The notes below the pieces were generated by a model. The model was not told the DNA's origin, did no database searches, and was given only the letters and a program-made list of their open reading frames with translations. Positions 18,297 to 27,620 of a stretch of 57,715 nucleotides of DNA are shown here, in pieces. A program made the position numbers and the translations under genes. Position 1 is the stretch's first letter; each line of letters starts with the position of its first letter. Source of the DNA: Parcubacteria group bacterium (GTDB lineage Bacteria; Patescibacteriota; Patescibacteriia; Patescibacteriales; GWC2-42-12); NCBI GenBank assembly GCA_016188785.1, contig JACPHD010000017.1, positions 1 through 57,715 of the forward strand. The letters run 5' to 3'.

Positions 18297-18938
18297 ATGG
18301 ATGAAGAAAAAAAACAGCCAGAAATAGCGGTTAGTCAGGCGGCGCCGGTTCAAACCGCGCCTGAATCTAGAATGGCTCAGCGCGGCGGCGACAGAAAAAG
18401 AAATTTTAAAGGTAAAAGAGGGTCGCCGCGCTCGGGTTATGGCATGCCGGAGGAATTTGAGCAAAAAATGATTGATATTGCCCGCGTTACCCGCGTTATG
18501 GCCGGCGGCAAAAGAATGCGCTTTAGAGCCTGCGTGGCTATCGGCAATAAGAAAGGCCGGGTGGCGATCGGTTTGGCTAAAGGCGCCGACGTTACTTTAG
18601 CCGTGACTAAAGCCGTTAATAAAGCTAAAAAGAATTTCATTGACATACCGATTGTCAATGAAACCATTCCCCACGAAGTTTATCAAAAATTAGGCGCGGC
18701 CAGAATTTTATTCAGGCCGGCTAAAAAGGGCCGGGGCATTATCGCCGGCGGCGCGGTTAGAATTCTTTTGGAATTAAGCGGCATAAAAAATGTTACCAGT
18801 AAAATATTAGGCACCGGCAATAAAGTCAACAATGTAAAGTGCGCCATTGCAGCGCTGAAGAGTTTGAAAAGAGTGGAAATAAATAAAAAATCCCAAATCC
18901 CAAATCCCAAAGCCCAAACAAATTCAAAATCCGAATAA
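18297..18938 (+). CDS. rpsE: 30S ribosomal protein S5
   Basis: RVTRVMAGGKRMRF, GIIAGG; C-terminus encoded by AAATCCC heptamers. Confidence 0.98.
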   Translation: MDEEKKQPEIAVSQAAPVQTAPESRMAQRGGDRKRNFKGKRGSPRSGYGMPEEFEQKMIDIARVTRVMAGGKRMRFRACVAIGNKKGRVAIGLAKGADVTLAVTKAVNKAKKNFIDIPIVNETIPHEVYQKLGAARILFRPAKKGRGIIAGGAVRILLELSGIKNVTSKILGTGNKVNNVKCAIAALKSLKRVEINKKSQIPNPKAQTNSKSE

Positions 18939-18995
18939 CCAAAATACAAAATTTATTTGTGATTTGGAAATTGTAATTTGGAAATTAATAAACTT

Positions 18996-19439
18996 ATGTC
19001 TTTATCACTTCATACCATCAGGCCGGCTCGCGGTTCGGCCCGGAATAAAAAAAGAATTGGCCGAGGCAACGCCTCGGGCCATGGTTCTTATAGCACTCGC
19101 GGACAAAAGGGCCAAAGATCAAGAAGCGGCGGCCGGAATAAATTAAAAAGATTAGGTTTTAAACAAATTTTGGCCGCGACGCCGAAGAACAGAGGTTTCA
19201 AATCAGACAAGCCTAAAAATCAAGTGGTTAATCTTAAAGATCTAAATGATAATTTTTCGGCTGGCGCTAAAATTAACGCTGCCGGCTTAGTAAAGGCCGG
19301 TTTAGTTAGAAAGGCCCAGGAGAAAATAAAAATTTTAGGCCAAGGCGAGCTAACTTTAAAAAATTTGGAATTTGCAGGAGTTGGTTTAAGCGCCAACGCT
19401 AAAGCGCAGATTGAAAAAATGCACGGAAAGATTTTATAA
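18996..19439 (+). CDS. rplO: 50S ribosomal protein L15
   Basis: RIGRGNASGHG, GQKGQRSRSG, KILGQGEL; ATG 18996 chosen. Confidence 0.97.
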   Translation: MSLSLHTIRPARGSARNKKRIGRGNASGHGSYSTRGQKGQRSRSGGRNKLKRLGFKQILAATPKNRGFKSDKPKNQVVNLKDLNDNFSAGAKINAAGLVKAGLVRKAQEKIKILGQGELTLKNLEFAGVGLSANAKAQIEKMHGKIL

Positions 19440-19446
19440 TTATTAT

Positions 19447-19605
19447 TGTCATTGCGAGCGACTGTCTTGCTTCGTCATTCCTGCAGCCTTTAGTCCTCGC
19501 GAAAGCGGGGAAGGAATCCAGAAAAACCACGTTGGTCAATATCCCCATCGTCCTGGATTCCCGCCTGCGCGGGAATGACGAAAGAAAATTGCTCCTCGCA
19601 ATGAC
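19447..19605. repeat. nested REP-like elements
   Basis: outer GTCATTGCGAG...CTCGCAATGAC encloses TTCGTCATTCC...GGAATGACGAA (19471-19582). Confidence 0.9.
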
Positions 19606-19614
19606 TGATAAATT

Positions 19615-20886
19615 ATGTATGAAAAGTTGATACAAATTTGGAAAGCGCGCGATTTACGCAATAGCCTGTTTTTTGTTTTGGCGATGCTGGTTATTTTTCG
19701 CTTAGCCGCCCATATTCCGGTTCCCGGAGTTGATACCCAGGCGCTTAAAGATTTTTTTGCTTCTAATCAGATTTTAGGACTGATGAATATCTTCGCCGGC
19801 GGCGGTATGACTAATTTTTCCATTGTCATGATGGGTGTTGGCCCATATATTACTTCATCAATTATTTTTCAGCTTCTGGCCATGATTATACCGCAATTGG
19901 AAGAGCTGAATAAAGAAGAAGCCGGCCGGCAAAAAGTAAATATGTGGACGCGCTGGCTGACCGTGCCTTTGGCCGTGCTGGAAGCTTATGGCATGATTAC
20001 TTTATTGCGCCGGTCCTCGCATTTAATTTTGGGCGACATCAGCGCTTTTAATTTATTAGCCATGATTATAACCGTGGCCGCCGGTACGGTTTTTTTAATG
20101 TGGCTGGGCGAATTAATCACGGAAAAAAAAGTCGGCAATGGAATTTCCCTGCTGATTTTCGCCGGCATCGTTTCCGGACTATTGCAAACCGCTCAGCAGG
20201 TAATCGTTACCTTTGATCCGTCAAAATTATATGTGATTTTAGGCTTTTTAGCTATTGCCATTATAACCATCGTTGGCGTGGTGGTAGTTAATGAGGGCCA
20301 GCGCAATGTGCCGGTGCAGTACGCCAGGCAAATCAGGGGCAACCGGATGTTCGGCGGCGCTTCAACGCATCTGCCTTTGCGCGTTAATATGGCCGGAGTT
20401 ATTCCGATTATTTTTGCCATTTCCGTGGTAATTTTTCCGCCCATGATCGCGCAATTTTTCATCCACGCGCGCACGGTTTTTATCGCTAATGCGGCGCAGT
20501 GGACTATTGATTTTTTTCAAAACCAATTAGTCTACGCGATTTTATATTTCTTACTGGTTTTTGCTTTTACTTTCTTTTATACCGAGGTTATTTTTCATCC
20601 CACGCAAATCGCGGAAAATTTGCAAAAACAGGGCGGTTTTATTCCCGGCATTAGGCCGGGCCGCCATACCAGCGAATATTTAGCCAACACTACTCATAAA
20701 ATTATATTTGTCGGCGCTTTATTTTTAGGCCTGATCGCTATTTTGCCTTTGGTTTTAAGGTATTTCACCGGCATTCAGTCGCTGTCTATCGGCGGCACGT
20801 CTTTACTGATCGTGGTTTCGGTGGTGATTGAGACCGTTAAGCAGATTGAATCGCAGTTGACTATGCGGGAGTATGAGGGCATGTAA
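19615..20886 (+). CDS. secY: preprotein translocase SecY
   Basis: GVGPYITSSII, WLGELITE, GFIPGIRPG, GGTSLLIVV. Confidence 0.99.
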   Translation: MYEKLIQIWKARDLRNSLFFVLAMLVIFRLAAHIPVPGVDTQALKDFFASNQILGLMNIFAGGGMTNFSIVMMGVGPYITSSIIFQLLAMIIPQLEELNKEEAGRQKVNMWTRWLTVPLAVLEAYGMITLLRRSSHLILGDISAFNLLAMIITVAAGTVFLMWLGELITEKKVGNGISLLIFAGIVSGLLQTAQQVIVTFDPSKLYVILGFLAIAIITIVGVVVVNEGQRNVPVQYARQIRGNRMFGGASTHLPLRVNMAGVIPIIFAISVVIFPPMIAQFFIHARTVFIANAAQWTIDFFQNQLVYAILYFLLVFAFTFFYTEVIFHPTQIAENLQKQGGFIPGIRPGRHTSEYLANTTHKIIFVGALFLGLIAILPLVLRYFTGIQSLSIGGTSLLIVVSVVIETVKQIESQLTMREYEGM

Positions 20887-20962
20887 ATTTTTTTAAAAAT
20901 AAAGTCTAAAACAAAATATTCGCGTTTAGCCTCTATATTCAGCGTTAAATTAACATTTATCT

Positions 20963-22666
20963 ATGTCCAACCATCAATCCATTAAAGATTTATTCAGTAA
21001 CGACTCCGGGCAGTCGCTTAATAGCGACAGCGCGGCCGCCGAGTTTAAGGCTAAGGAAAAACAGCTAAAAATAAAAGAAATAGAGCGGTTAACCAAGCAG
21101 GCCGCCGCGGCCGCCGGTTTGTCTTACATTGATTTAGCCGGTTTGCCGATCAGCCCGGAGGCTTTAGTTTTAATTGATGAGATGCAAGCTAAAACTCTTA
21201 AAACTTTGTGTTTTTATTATGATGGCAAAAATATCAGTCTGGCTAGCCTGGAACCGCAGGGCCAGGCGGCTAAAGCTTTAGCCGAACAGCTGTCGGCCAA
21301 ATATTTTTCTGAAGTTAATGTTTATTTAATTACCGAGAATAGTTTTGAGTATGGCCTGGCAATGTATAAAACCATACCTAAAATAAGGGAAACCATCAGA
21401 GGCGTTAAAGTCACAGAGGAAGAATTAAATAAATATGGGGAAAAATTTTCCAGTTTTAAGGATTTGCAGGCCGAAATAAATCAGGCGCAAATTACCGAAA
21501 TCGTCACCATGATTATGGCCGCGGCTGTAAAAGCAAATTCCTCGGATATTCATATTGAAACCGAAGAAAATTTAATAAAAGTCAGGTTTAGGATTGACGG
21601 CGTTTTACATGATGCGGCCAGCCTGGATAAATCTTCCTGGGATAAGATAATTTCCCGCATGAAACTTTTAGCCAAGGTAAAAATTAACGTAACTGATAAG
21701 CCGCAGGACGGCCGACTGTCAATCTATATGAAAGACGACCGGGTGGACATCCGAGCCTCATTTTTACCCACTAATTTCGGCGAAAGCGTGGTCATGCGCT
21801 TGTTGCGTTCCAGCGCGGTTGGCTTGGAATTTAGCGATTTAGGCATTCGCGGCCGGGCCTTTGAGCAGTTAAAGCGCGAGGTGGAACGACCGAACGGCAT
21901 GATTATTACTACCGGTCCGACCGGCTCGGGTAAAACTACCACTTTGTACGCCATGTTAAAAAAACTTAATAATCCGGAGACCAAGATTATTACCATTGAA
22001 GACCCGATTGAATATCAGCTGTCAGGCGTTAATCAATCGCAAACCAGCAAGAATTACACTTTTGCCCAAGGCTTGCGCTCAATCGTGCGCCAGGATCCGG
22101 ATATCGTCATGGTGGGAGAAATTCGCGATTTGGAAACCGCGGAAATCGCCATTCAGGCGGCGCTGACCGGGCATTTGGTTTTATCCACGATTCATACCAA
22201 CGACGCGGCCGGCACGGTCTCCAGATTTTTGTCTATGGGCACCAAACCGTATTTATTGGCACCGGCTCTAAACGCCATGATCGGGCAAAGACTGGTTAGA
22301 AAAGTTTGCGAACAATGCAAAAAAGAAATAAAACTTGACGACGAAACCATGAAGCGCGTTAGAGGTCTACTGGAAGAACTGCGGCCGGAAGATAGAGAAA
22401 AAATTGATTTTAATAATTTAAAATTTTTAGCGGGCGGCGGCTGCGACGCCTGCCAGGGCATCGGCTATAAAGGCCGCATCGGCATTTATGAAGTTATGAC
22501 CATGAACCAGGAAATTGAAAAATTAATTTTAGCCGGCCAGGCTTCGGAATACAGCCTGCGCGACAATGCCAAAAAAAATGGCGTTATTACCATGGTGCAG
22601 GATGGCCTGTTAAAAGCGCTGGACGGCATCACCTCGGTTGCAGAGGTATTTAGAGTAGCGGAATAA
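20963..22666 (+). CDS. GspE/PulE/PilB family type IV pilus assembly ATPase
   Basis: SDIHIE, Walker A GPTGSGKTT, RQDPD..VGEIRD, STIHTND, tetracysteine motif. Confidence 0.95.
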   Translation: MSNHQSIKDLFSNDSGQSLNSDSAAAEFKAKEKQLKIKEIERLTKQAAAAAGLSYIDLAGLPISPEALVLIDEMQAKTLKTLCFYYDGKNISLASLEPQGQAAKALAEQLSAKYFSEVNVYLITENSFEYGLAMYKTIPKIRETIRGVKVTEEELNKYGEKFSSFKDLQAEINQAQITEIVTMIMAAAVKANSSDIHIETEENLIKVRFRIDGVLHDAASLDKSSWDKIISRMKLLAKVKINVTDKPQDGRLSIYMKDDRVDIRASFLPTNFGESVVMRLLRSSAVGLEFSDLGIRGRAFEQLKREVERPNGMIITTGPTGSGKTTTLYAMLKKLNNPETKIITIEDPIEYQLSGVNQSQTSKNYTFAQGLRSIVRQDPDIVMVGEIRDLETAEIAIQAALTGHLVLSTIHTNDAAGTVSRFLSMGTKPYLLAPALNAMIGQRLVRKVCEQCKKEIKLDDETMKRVRGLLEELRPEDREKIDFNNLKFLAGGGCDACQGIGYKGRIGIYEVMTMNQEIEKLILAGQASEYSLRDNAKKNGVITMVQDGLLKALDGITSVAEVFRVAE

Positions 22667-22761
22667 TAATTTATGAAGTTGAGACAGGATGGCCGCATAA
22701 AGAAATACTTTGAGACTAAGCAAGAATGTTGATTATGAAGATTATAATGACGATTAAATAT

Positions 22762-23256
22762 ATGACATATATTAAAAAGACAGTCTGGACTGTAGTTGGA
22801 ATCATTTTATTAGTTTGTGTCATTTATTTAGGTCTGGGCGTAGTGGATTTTATTAGTTTTAAAACTATAGCTAAATCCGCCGGTGGTATGCCGTGGCAAG
22901 ATGGGGGTAAAATAACTAAGGTTAGGAAACCATGTGTTTTGGATACACCGGAAATCGACCCAATCGCTTGCTCTTATTGCCCGTTAGTCACTAAGGACTG
23001 GGGCTCGGCCTGCGCGGGTTTTATTGAACTGGATACTCAATCGCAAATGGGGACTATAAATATCGACGCGCCTATCGGGTTTGTCTATGGCGGCGGTGGG
23101 ACCATGCCTGCGGCTGGTATGTCATATATAGCCGGTGGAGTGTCCGGTGCCATTCCTTGGGTAATCGGCATACCCTCTAGCCCGGGGGCTAAAATTCAAA
23201 AGATTATTGATTGGTTTGATTATGGCATAGCTTCTTTTAAGAATAAAATTAAATAA
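22762..23256 (+). CDS. membrane-anchored Cys/Gly-rich hypothetical protein
   Basis: N-terminal TM helix and four downstream Cys; start uncertain (22726-22762). Confidence 0.65.
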   Translation: MTYIKKTVWTVVGIILLVCVIYLGLGVVDFISFKTIAKSAGGMPWQDGGKITKVRKPCVLDTPEIDPIACSYCPLVTKDWGSACAGFIELDTQSQMGTINIDAPIGFVYGGGGTMPAAGMSYIAGGVSGAIPWVIGIPSSPGAKIQKIIDWFDYGIASFKNKIK

Positions 23257-23259
23257 GCA

Positions 23260-24084
23260 ATGAATTTATTAGAACAAACAAAAAAATTATGTAAATTATA
23301 TAATATAGTTCCTGCCCGTTCTCGCGGGCAGAATTTTTTAATTAAGGAAAAAATTTATGATGATATTATGGCCGCGGCTGATTTAAAACCGGCTGATATA
23401 GTTTTAGAAGTTGGTCCGGGTTTGGGATTTTTAACCGCCAAACTGGCGGCTCAAGTGAAAAAAGTTATTGCCGTGGAGCTTGATGATAAGCTGGTCAAGA
23501 CATTGGGAGCCGGATTAAAAGCGCGGGGAATAAATAATGTAGAGTTGATAAACGAAGATATTCTAAAAATTTCCAATCCCAATAACCAAACAAAAAACTA
23601 TAAAATTGTCGCGAATTTACCGTACAACATAACTTCTATATTTTTAAGAAAATTTCTGGCTGAAGCGGAAAATAAGCCGGAACTGATGGCGCTGATGCTA
23701 CAAAAAGAAGTGGCCGAGCGCATATGCGCCAAAACTGGAAGCATGAGCTTACTGGCCGTGTCGGTACAGTTTTACGCCAAGCCGGAGATTGTGCAAATAG
23801 TAAAAAAAGAAAATTTTTGGCCAGAGCCGGAAGTGGATTCGGCGATTATTAAGTTAGAAGTTAGAAGTAAGAAGTTAGAAGTAAATGAAAGAGAATTTTT
23901 CCGGCTGGTTAAATTTGGCTTTAGCGCTAAAAGAAAAATGTTAAAAAATAATTTAGCCGCTGGCTTAAAAATCAGTCAAGAAACAGCGAAAAATAAAATA
24001 ATTAGCGCCGGTTTCAACCAGAAAATCAGGGCGCAAGAGCTATCGGTTGATGATTGGCTGAAGTTATTTAGTGTTTTTAATTAA
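23260..24084 (+). CDS. rsmA: 16S rRNA adenine dimethyltransferase
   Basis: GQNFL, LEVGPGLG, VANLPYNI, QKEVAERI. Confidence 0.98.
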   Translation: MNLLEQTKKLCKLYNIVPARSRGQNFLIKEKIYDDIMAAADLKPADIVLEVGPGLGFLTAKLAAQVKKVIAVELDDKLVKTLGAGLKARGINNVELINEDILKISNPNNQTKNYKIVANLPYNITSIFLRKFLAEAENKPELMALMLQKEVAERICAKTGSMSLLAVSVQFYAKPEIVQIVKKENFWPEPEVDSAIIKLEVRSKKLEVNEREFFRLVKFGFSAKRKMLKNNLAAGLKISQETAKNKIISAGFNQKIRAQELSVDDWLKLFSVFN

Positions 24085-24105
24085 ATGTGTTATAATGAAA
24101 ACACA

Positions 24106-24188
24106 TGAACCCCGTTAGAAATTCGTTAAATTAAAGCGAGGTTTATAATAAAATAATATATGACAAATCAAATTTCTAACGGGGTGAA
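24106..24188. mobile_element. CCCCG...CGGGG element in a start codon, TGAA duplication
   Basis: A-TGAA|CCCCGTTAGAAATT...AATTTCTAACGGGG|TGAA; 75-bp core. Confidence 0.82.
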
Positions 24189-24525
24189 AGAAATAAAAAC
24201 TATCAATAAAAATTCGCTGGCGAAAATAATGGCTTTAATTTACGGTTTGGCCGGGTTTTTTGTAGCTTTGGCTGTGGCTATATCAACCATGGCCAATATT
24301 GTCATGCAAAAAGATTTTTCCGGCTCTATTATTCTGGTAACTTTATTTAATTTAGGCGCCGGTCTGCTTTTAGGGGTTTTGTCCGCTCTGATTACGGCTT
24401 TAATCGGCTGGTTAGCCGGTTATATTATGGCCGGTATCTATAACTGGTTTGCGAAAAAAGCCGGAGGAGTGAAGATTGAGCTGGCGGATGTGGTTGAGAA
24501 ACAAAAACAAGAAATAAATAACTAA
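24160..24525 (+). CDS. small membrane protein (DUF3566-like)
   Basis: two to three TM helices, YNWFAKKAGGVKIEL C-terminus; first ~9 aa are element-derived. Confidence 0.7.
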   Translation: MTNQISNGVKEIKTINKNSLAKIMALIYGLAGFFVALAVAISTMANIVMQKDFSGSIILVTLFNLGAGLLLGVLSALITALIGWLAGYIMAGIYNWFAKKAGGVKIELADVVEKQKQEINN

Positions 24526-24539
24526 TAATTTTGAATTTT

Positions 24540-24842
24540 ATGCCGCTAATCAACGACAGTAAAGATTTATTATACATAATAATTTCTATTTCAGTTTTAG
24601 TTTTTACCATTTTTTTTTGCTGGGCGCTTTATTATCTGGCTAGGATTTTACAGCAAATGTTCCGGATAATTAAAGAAACGCGCGAACGACTTAATAAATT
24701 TGATGAATTAGTAAAAATGATAAAAGAAAAAATTGAACATAGCGCTTCTTATTTGCTTTTAATCAGCGCCGGCGTAAAAAAATTGGTGGAGATTATGAAA
24801 GTCAGGACGGAAAAGAAGAAGATGGGCAAGAAAGCCGAGTAG
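24540..24842 (+). CDS. single-TM coiled-coil hypothetical protein
   Basis: hydrophobic N-terminal helix followed by heptad repeats. Confidence 0.7.
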   Translation: MPLINDSKDLLYIIISISVLVFTIFFCWALYYLARILQQMFRIIKETRERLNKFDELVKMIKEKIEHSASYLLLISAGVKKLVEIMKVRTEKKKMGKKAE

Positions 24843-25043
24843 TTAAAATGTGATTGCCGTTGCCATTCAAAATTAAATTAAACTCATGAAATTAATCAGA
24901 GAAGAGAAATCTCTGATAGTTTTAAGTTTGAGTTTAATATAATTGTTGATGGTCAAAAGACTATGAAAATAGTTAAACTGATAAATAAAAGCATTCAATG
25001 AGGAGTTTTTGTTTTAGCTAATTTGTAGTATAATGTGGGTAGT

Positions 25044-25967
25044 ATGAGCTTATTTTCCATTATTATTATCGTGGCCGGTTTATGCCTGTTTGAAGTTATT
25101 TCCAGCATAGACAACGCGATTATCAATGCCGAAGTGCTGTCCACCATGCAGGCCAGGGCGCGGCGCTGGTTTTTAATTTGGGGCATGGTTATCGCGGTTT
25201 TTTTAATCAGGGGGCTCTTGCCCTGGCTGATTGTCTGGCTGGCCACGCCCGGTCTTGGACCGCTAGAAGCCATTACCGCCACTTTTTCCTCGGATCCTAA
25301 AGTGATTGAGGCCGTGGAAAAATCAGCGCCTATGCTATTAATCGGCGGCGGCGTATTTTTAATATTTTTGTTTTTTCATTGGCTGTTTTTAGAATCAAAA
25401 AATTTCGGCTTGCGCGGCGAAAAATTTTTTTATAAAAACGGGGTTTGGTTTTATTCGGTGGTATCAGTTATTTTAGCGGCTGTCGTTTGGCTGGCGCTAG
25501 GCAAAGATCCGCTCATGGCTTTTGGCGCCGTGGTGGGCTCAACCGCTTTTTTTATTACTCACGGCTTTAAGCAGAATGCCGAACAAAGAGAAAAAGATTT
25601 GTCCAAAAGCCATTTGTCAGATATGAGCAAAATACTTTATTTAGAAGTGATTGACGCGACTTTTTCCATTGACGGGGTTTTAGGCGCTTTTGCTTTTACT
25701 TTATCCGTGCCTTTAATCTTAATCGGCAACGGCATCGGCGCTTTAGTGGTGCGCCAAGTAACCATCGGCAATATTGACCGGATAAAGAAATATCTTTATT
25801 TAAAAAACGGCGCCATGTATTCTATTTTATTTCTAGGTGTTATAATGCTATTGGATAGTTTTGGTTGGCATGTGCCAAGCTGGCTGTCGCCGGCGGTAAC
25901 TTTTGCCGTAGTAATTTATTTTTTTCAAAAGTCTAGATGGGAAAATAATAAATTATTGGTCAAATAA
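25044..25967 (+). CDS. DUF475 (TerC-like) integral membrane protein
   Basis: SSIDNAIINA and LEVIDATFSIDGVLGAFA motifs; TATAAT at 25029-25034 implies a near-leaderless transcript. Confidence 0.88.
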   Translation: MSLFSIIIIVAGLCLFEVISSIDNAIINAEVLSTMQARARRWFLIWGMVIAVFLIRGLLPWLIVWLATPGLGPLEAITATFSSDPKVIEAVEKSAPMLLIGGGVFLIFLFFHWLFLESKNFGLRGEKFFYKNGVWFYSVVSVILAAVVWLALGKDPLMAFGAVVGSTAFFITHGFKQNAEQREKDLSKSHLSDMSKILYLEVIDATFSIDGVLGAFAFTLSVPLILIGNGIGALVVRQVTIGNIDRIKKYLYLKNGAMYSILFLGVIMLLDSFGWHVPSWLSPAVTFAVVIYFFQKSRWENNKLLVK

Positions 25968-25990
25968 ATAATGTTGGCTCTAGAGGCGCA

Positions 25991-26023
25991 TTTCTGGATT
26001 GCGGGTCAAGCCCGCAATGACAA
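25991..26023. repeat. solo right half of a REP-like element
   Basis: TTTCTGGATTGCGGGTCAAGCCCGCAATGACAA, identical to 10843-10875. Confidence 0.88.
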
Positions 26024-26054
26024 TGAAAGTAAAATAATTTATAATAAAAACATT

Positions 26055-26678
26055 ATGGGTATTACAAATTTGCCTAAACCAGGCATTAATTTTAAAGCTA
26101 CGTTAGGTCCGGGCAGTTTTCAAAGAAAATTAAGCTCCGCCACCAGGTATGGCGGCTTAAAAAATTTAAGAGACAATCAAAAAGCGATCGTTGATGTGGT
26201 AAAAAAATACCAAGGAGTAATTAGAATCAAAGGCGGGCTTTCCCGGTTACAGAAAAGAGACGCTTGGCTAAAACTTAAAAAGAGTACTCCGCTAACATAC
26301 GTCGACAAATATGAAGCAAAAAGAATAATTGAGCATTTAGGCCGCGGTACTGCCGCTAGGGCAAAAGGAGCGGTGGTTGATGGAAAAACTATTAAGGCCA
26401 GCGACGGCAAAAGTTATTTAACCGAAAAACAAATTGCCAGAAATTTAAGAGCTAATATGCAAAGAGATGAACTTATAGATAGAGATAAACGTAAAACTGT
26501 TTTTTCCGGCAATACAGTTTCAAAAAAATCAGTTAGCATCTCTAGGGTTCAAAAAGATAAAAATGATCTGGGCCTGAGCCGAATTGGCTTAAATGCCGGA
26601 CCGGTCGGATTTGCCGGCGGACAGCCGAGCAAAATCGCGCCGGTTGTTGAAAAACCTATAATAAAATTAGCCGCTTAG
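26055..26678 (+). CDS. highly basic hypothetical protein
   Basis: Lys/Arg-rich ORF; ATG 26055 preferred because the upstream extension reads through the REP. Confidence 0.65.
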   Translation: MGITNLPKPGINFKATLGPGSFQRKLSSATRYGGLKNLRDNQKAIVDVVKKYQGVIRIKGGLSRLQKRDAWLKLKKSTPLTYVDKYEAKRIIEHLGRGTAARAKGAVVDGKTIKASDGKSYLTEKQIARNLRANMQRDELIDRDKRKTVFSGNTVSKKSVSISRVQKDKNDLGLSRIGLNAGPVGFAGGQPSKIAPVVEKPIIKLAA

Positions 26679-26687
26679 CTGTCTTCT

Positions 26688-26847
26688 TTGTCATTCCGGC
26701 CCGAGCTGTCTAAAAATTGTCATTTCGAGCGTTAGCGAGAAATCGCTTAAAGGTGAAAGTTGCTAATTTAAGGGATTTCTCCCTGCGGTCGAAATGACAA
26801 GAATATCATTTTGACTTTTTAGACAGTCGCCTGCGCGGGAATGACAA
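26688..26847. repeat. triple-nested palindromic elements
   Basis: GTCATTCC...GGAATGAC contains CTGTCTAAAAA...TTTTTAGACAG (26706-26826), which contains TTGTCATTTCGA...TCGAAATGACAA (26717-26800). Confidence 0.88.
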
Positions 26848-26881
26848 GAAAAAGCTAATTGTCAGTAATGACAATTTAATT

Positions 26882-27544
26882 ATGCCTAAAACAATTATTA
26901 TTTTTTTCGGTCCGCCAGGCTCGGGTAAGGGCACGCAGGCGCAAATGTTGGCCCAAAAGACCGAGTGGAAAAAAATTTCCACCGGTGATTTATTTCGCGC
27001 CGAAATCGCGGCCGGAACTGAAGCGGGCAAATTAGCGGATAAATATATTAAGGCCGGTAAATTAGTACCGGATAAAATAGTGTTTGGCTTGGTGGAAAAA
27101 AGTTTAAAGCAAAAAACCGCTGGTTTTATTTTTGACGGTTTTCCCAGAAATAAAAAGCAATTAAATGAGCTTTTAGCGTTTTTTAAAAAAATATTAAAAA
27201 AAAATGATCAGGTCTACGCCCTGGAAGTGGCGGTAAGCGACGAAGAAATTAAACAGCGCTTAAGCCAGCGCCGCATGTGCGCTTGCGGCAAGGTCTATCA
27301 TTTAGTTTATAATCCGCCGATCAATAAAGACATCTGCGACATCTGCGGCGGCCGGCTTTTTATCCGTAACGATGATAAGCCCAAAGTTATTACTCATCGG
27401 CTAAAAATTTATCACAGCCAGAGTAAATTTATGACTGATTATTGGCAAAAACAAGGCCGGCTTATAAAAATTGACGGTGAACAGCCGATTAAGAAAATAC
27501 ATGAGGAGATAATGGAGAAGCTAAGCGAGTTAAAATTAATTTAA
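26882..27544 (+). CDS. adk: adenylate kinase with Zn-type LID
   Basis: GPPGSGKGTQA, STGDLFR, DGFPR, CAC...CDIC. Confidence 0.98.
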   Translation: MPKTIIIFFGPPGSGKGTQAQMLAQKTEWKKISTGDLFRAEIAAGTEAGKLADKYIKAGKLVPDKIVFGLVEKSLKQKTAGFIFDGFPRNKKQLNELLAFFKKILKKNDQVYALEVAVSDEEIKQRLSQRRMCACGKVYHLVYNPPINKDICDICGGRLFIRNDDKPKVITHRLKIYHSQSKFMTDYWQKQGRLIKIDGEQPIKKIHEEIMEKLSELKLI

Positions 27545-27546
27545 TT

Positions 27547-27613
27547 TTGTCATTCCGGCCTTGAGCTGCCCCGCAAAATGCGGGGTGGATTGCGGGTCAA
27601 GCCCGCAATGACA
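27547..27613. repeat. shortened REP-like element with an internal CCCCGCA...TGCGGGG hairpin
   Basis: TTGTCATTCCGGCCTTGAGC...GGATTGCGGGTCAAGCCCGCAATGACA. Confidence 0.85.
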
Positions 27614-27620
27614 TATATAA

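Noticed and set aside
18964-19146. 60-aa ORF as rpmD
   Set aside because: No L30 similarity; it overlaps rplO out of frame and starts in a repeat arm
24843-25034. yybP-ykoY Mn riboswitch upstream of the TerC-like gene
   Set aside because: Consensus motifs were not recognisable and a -10 box lies downstream of the structure; kept only as a generic ncRNA candidate
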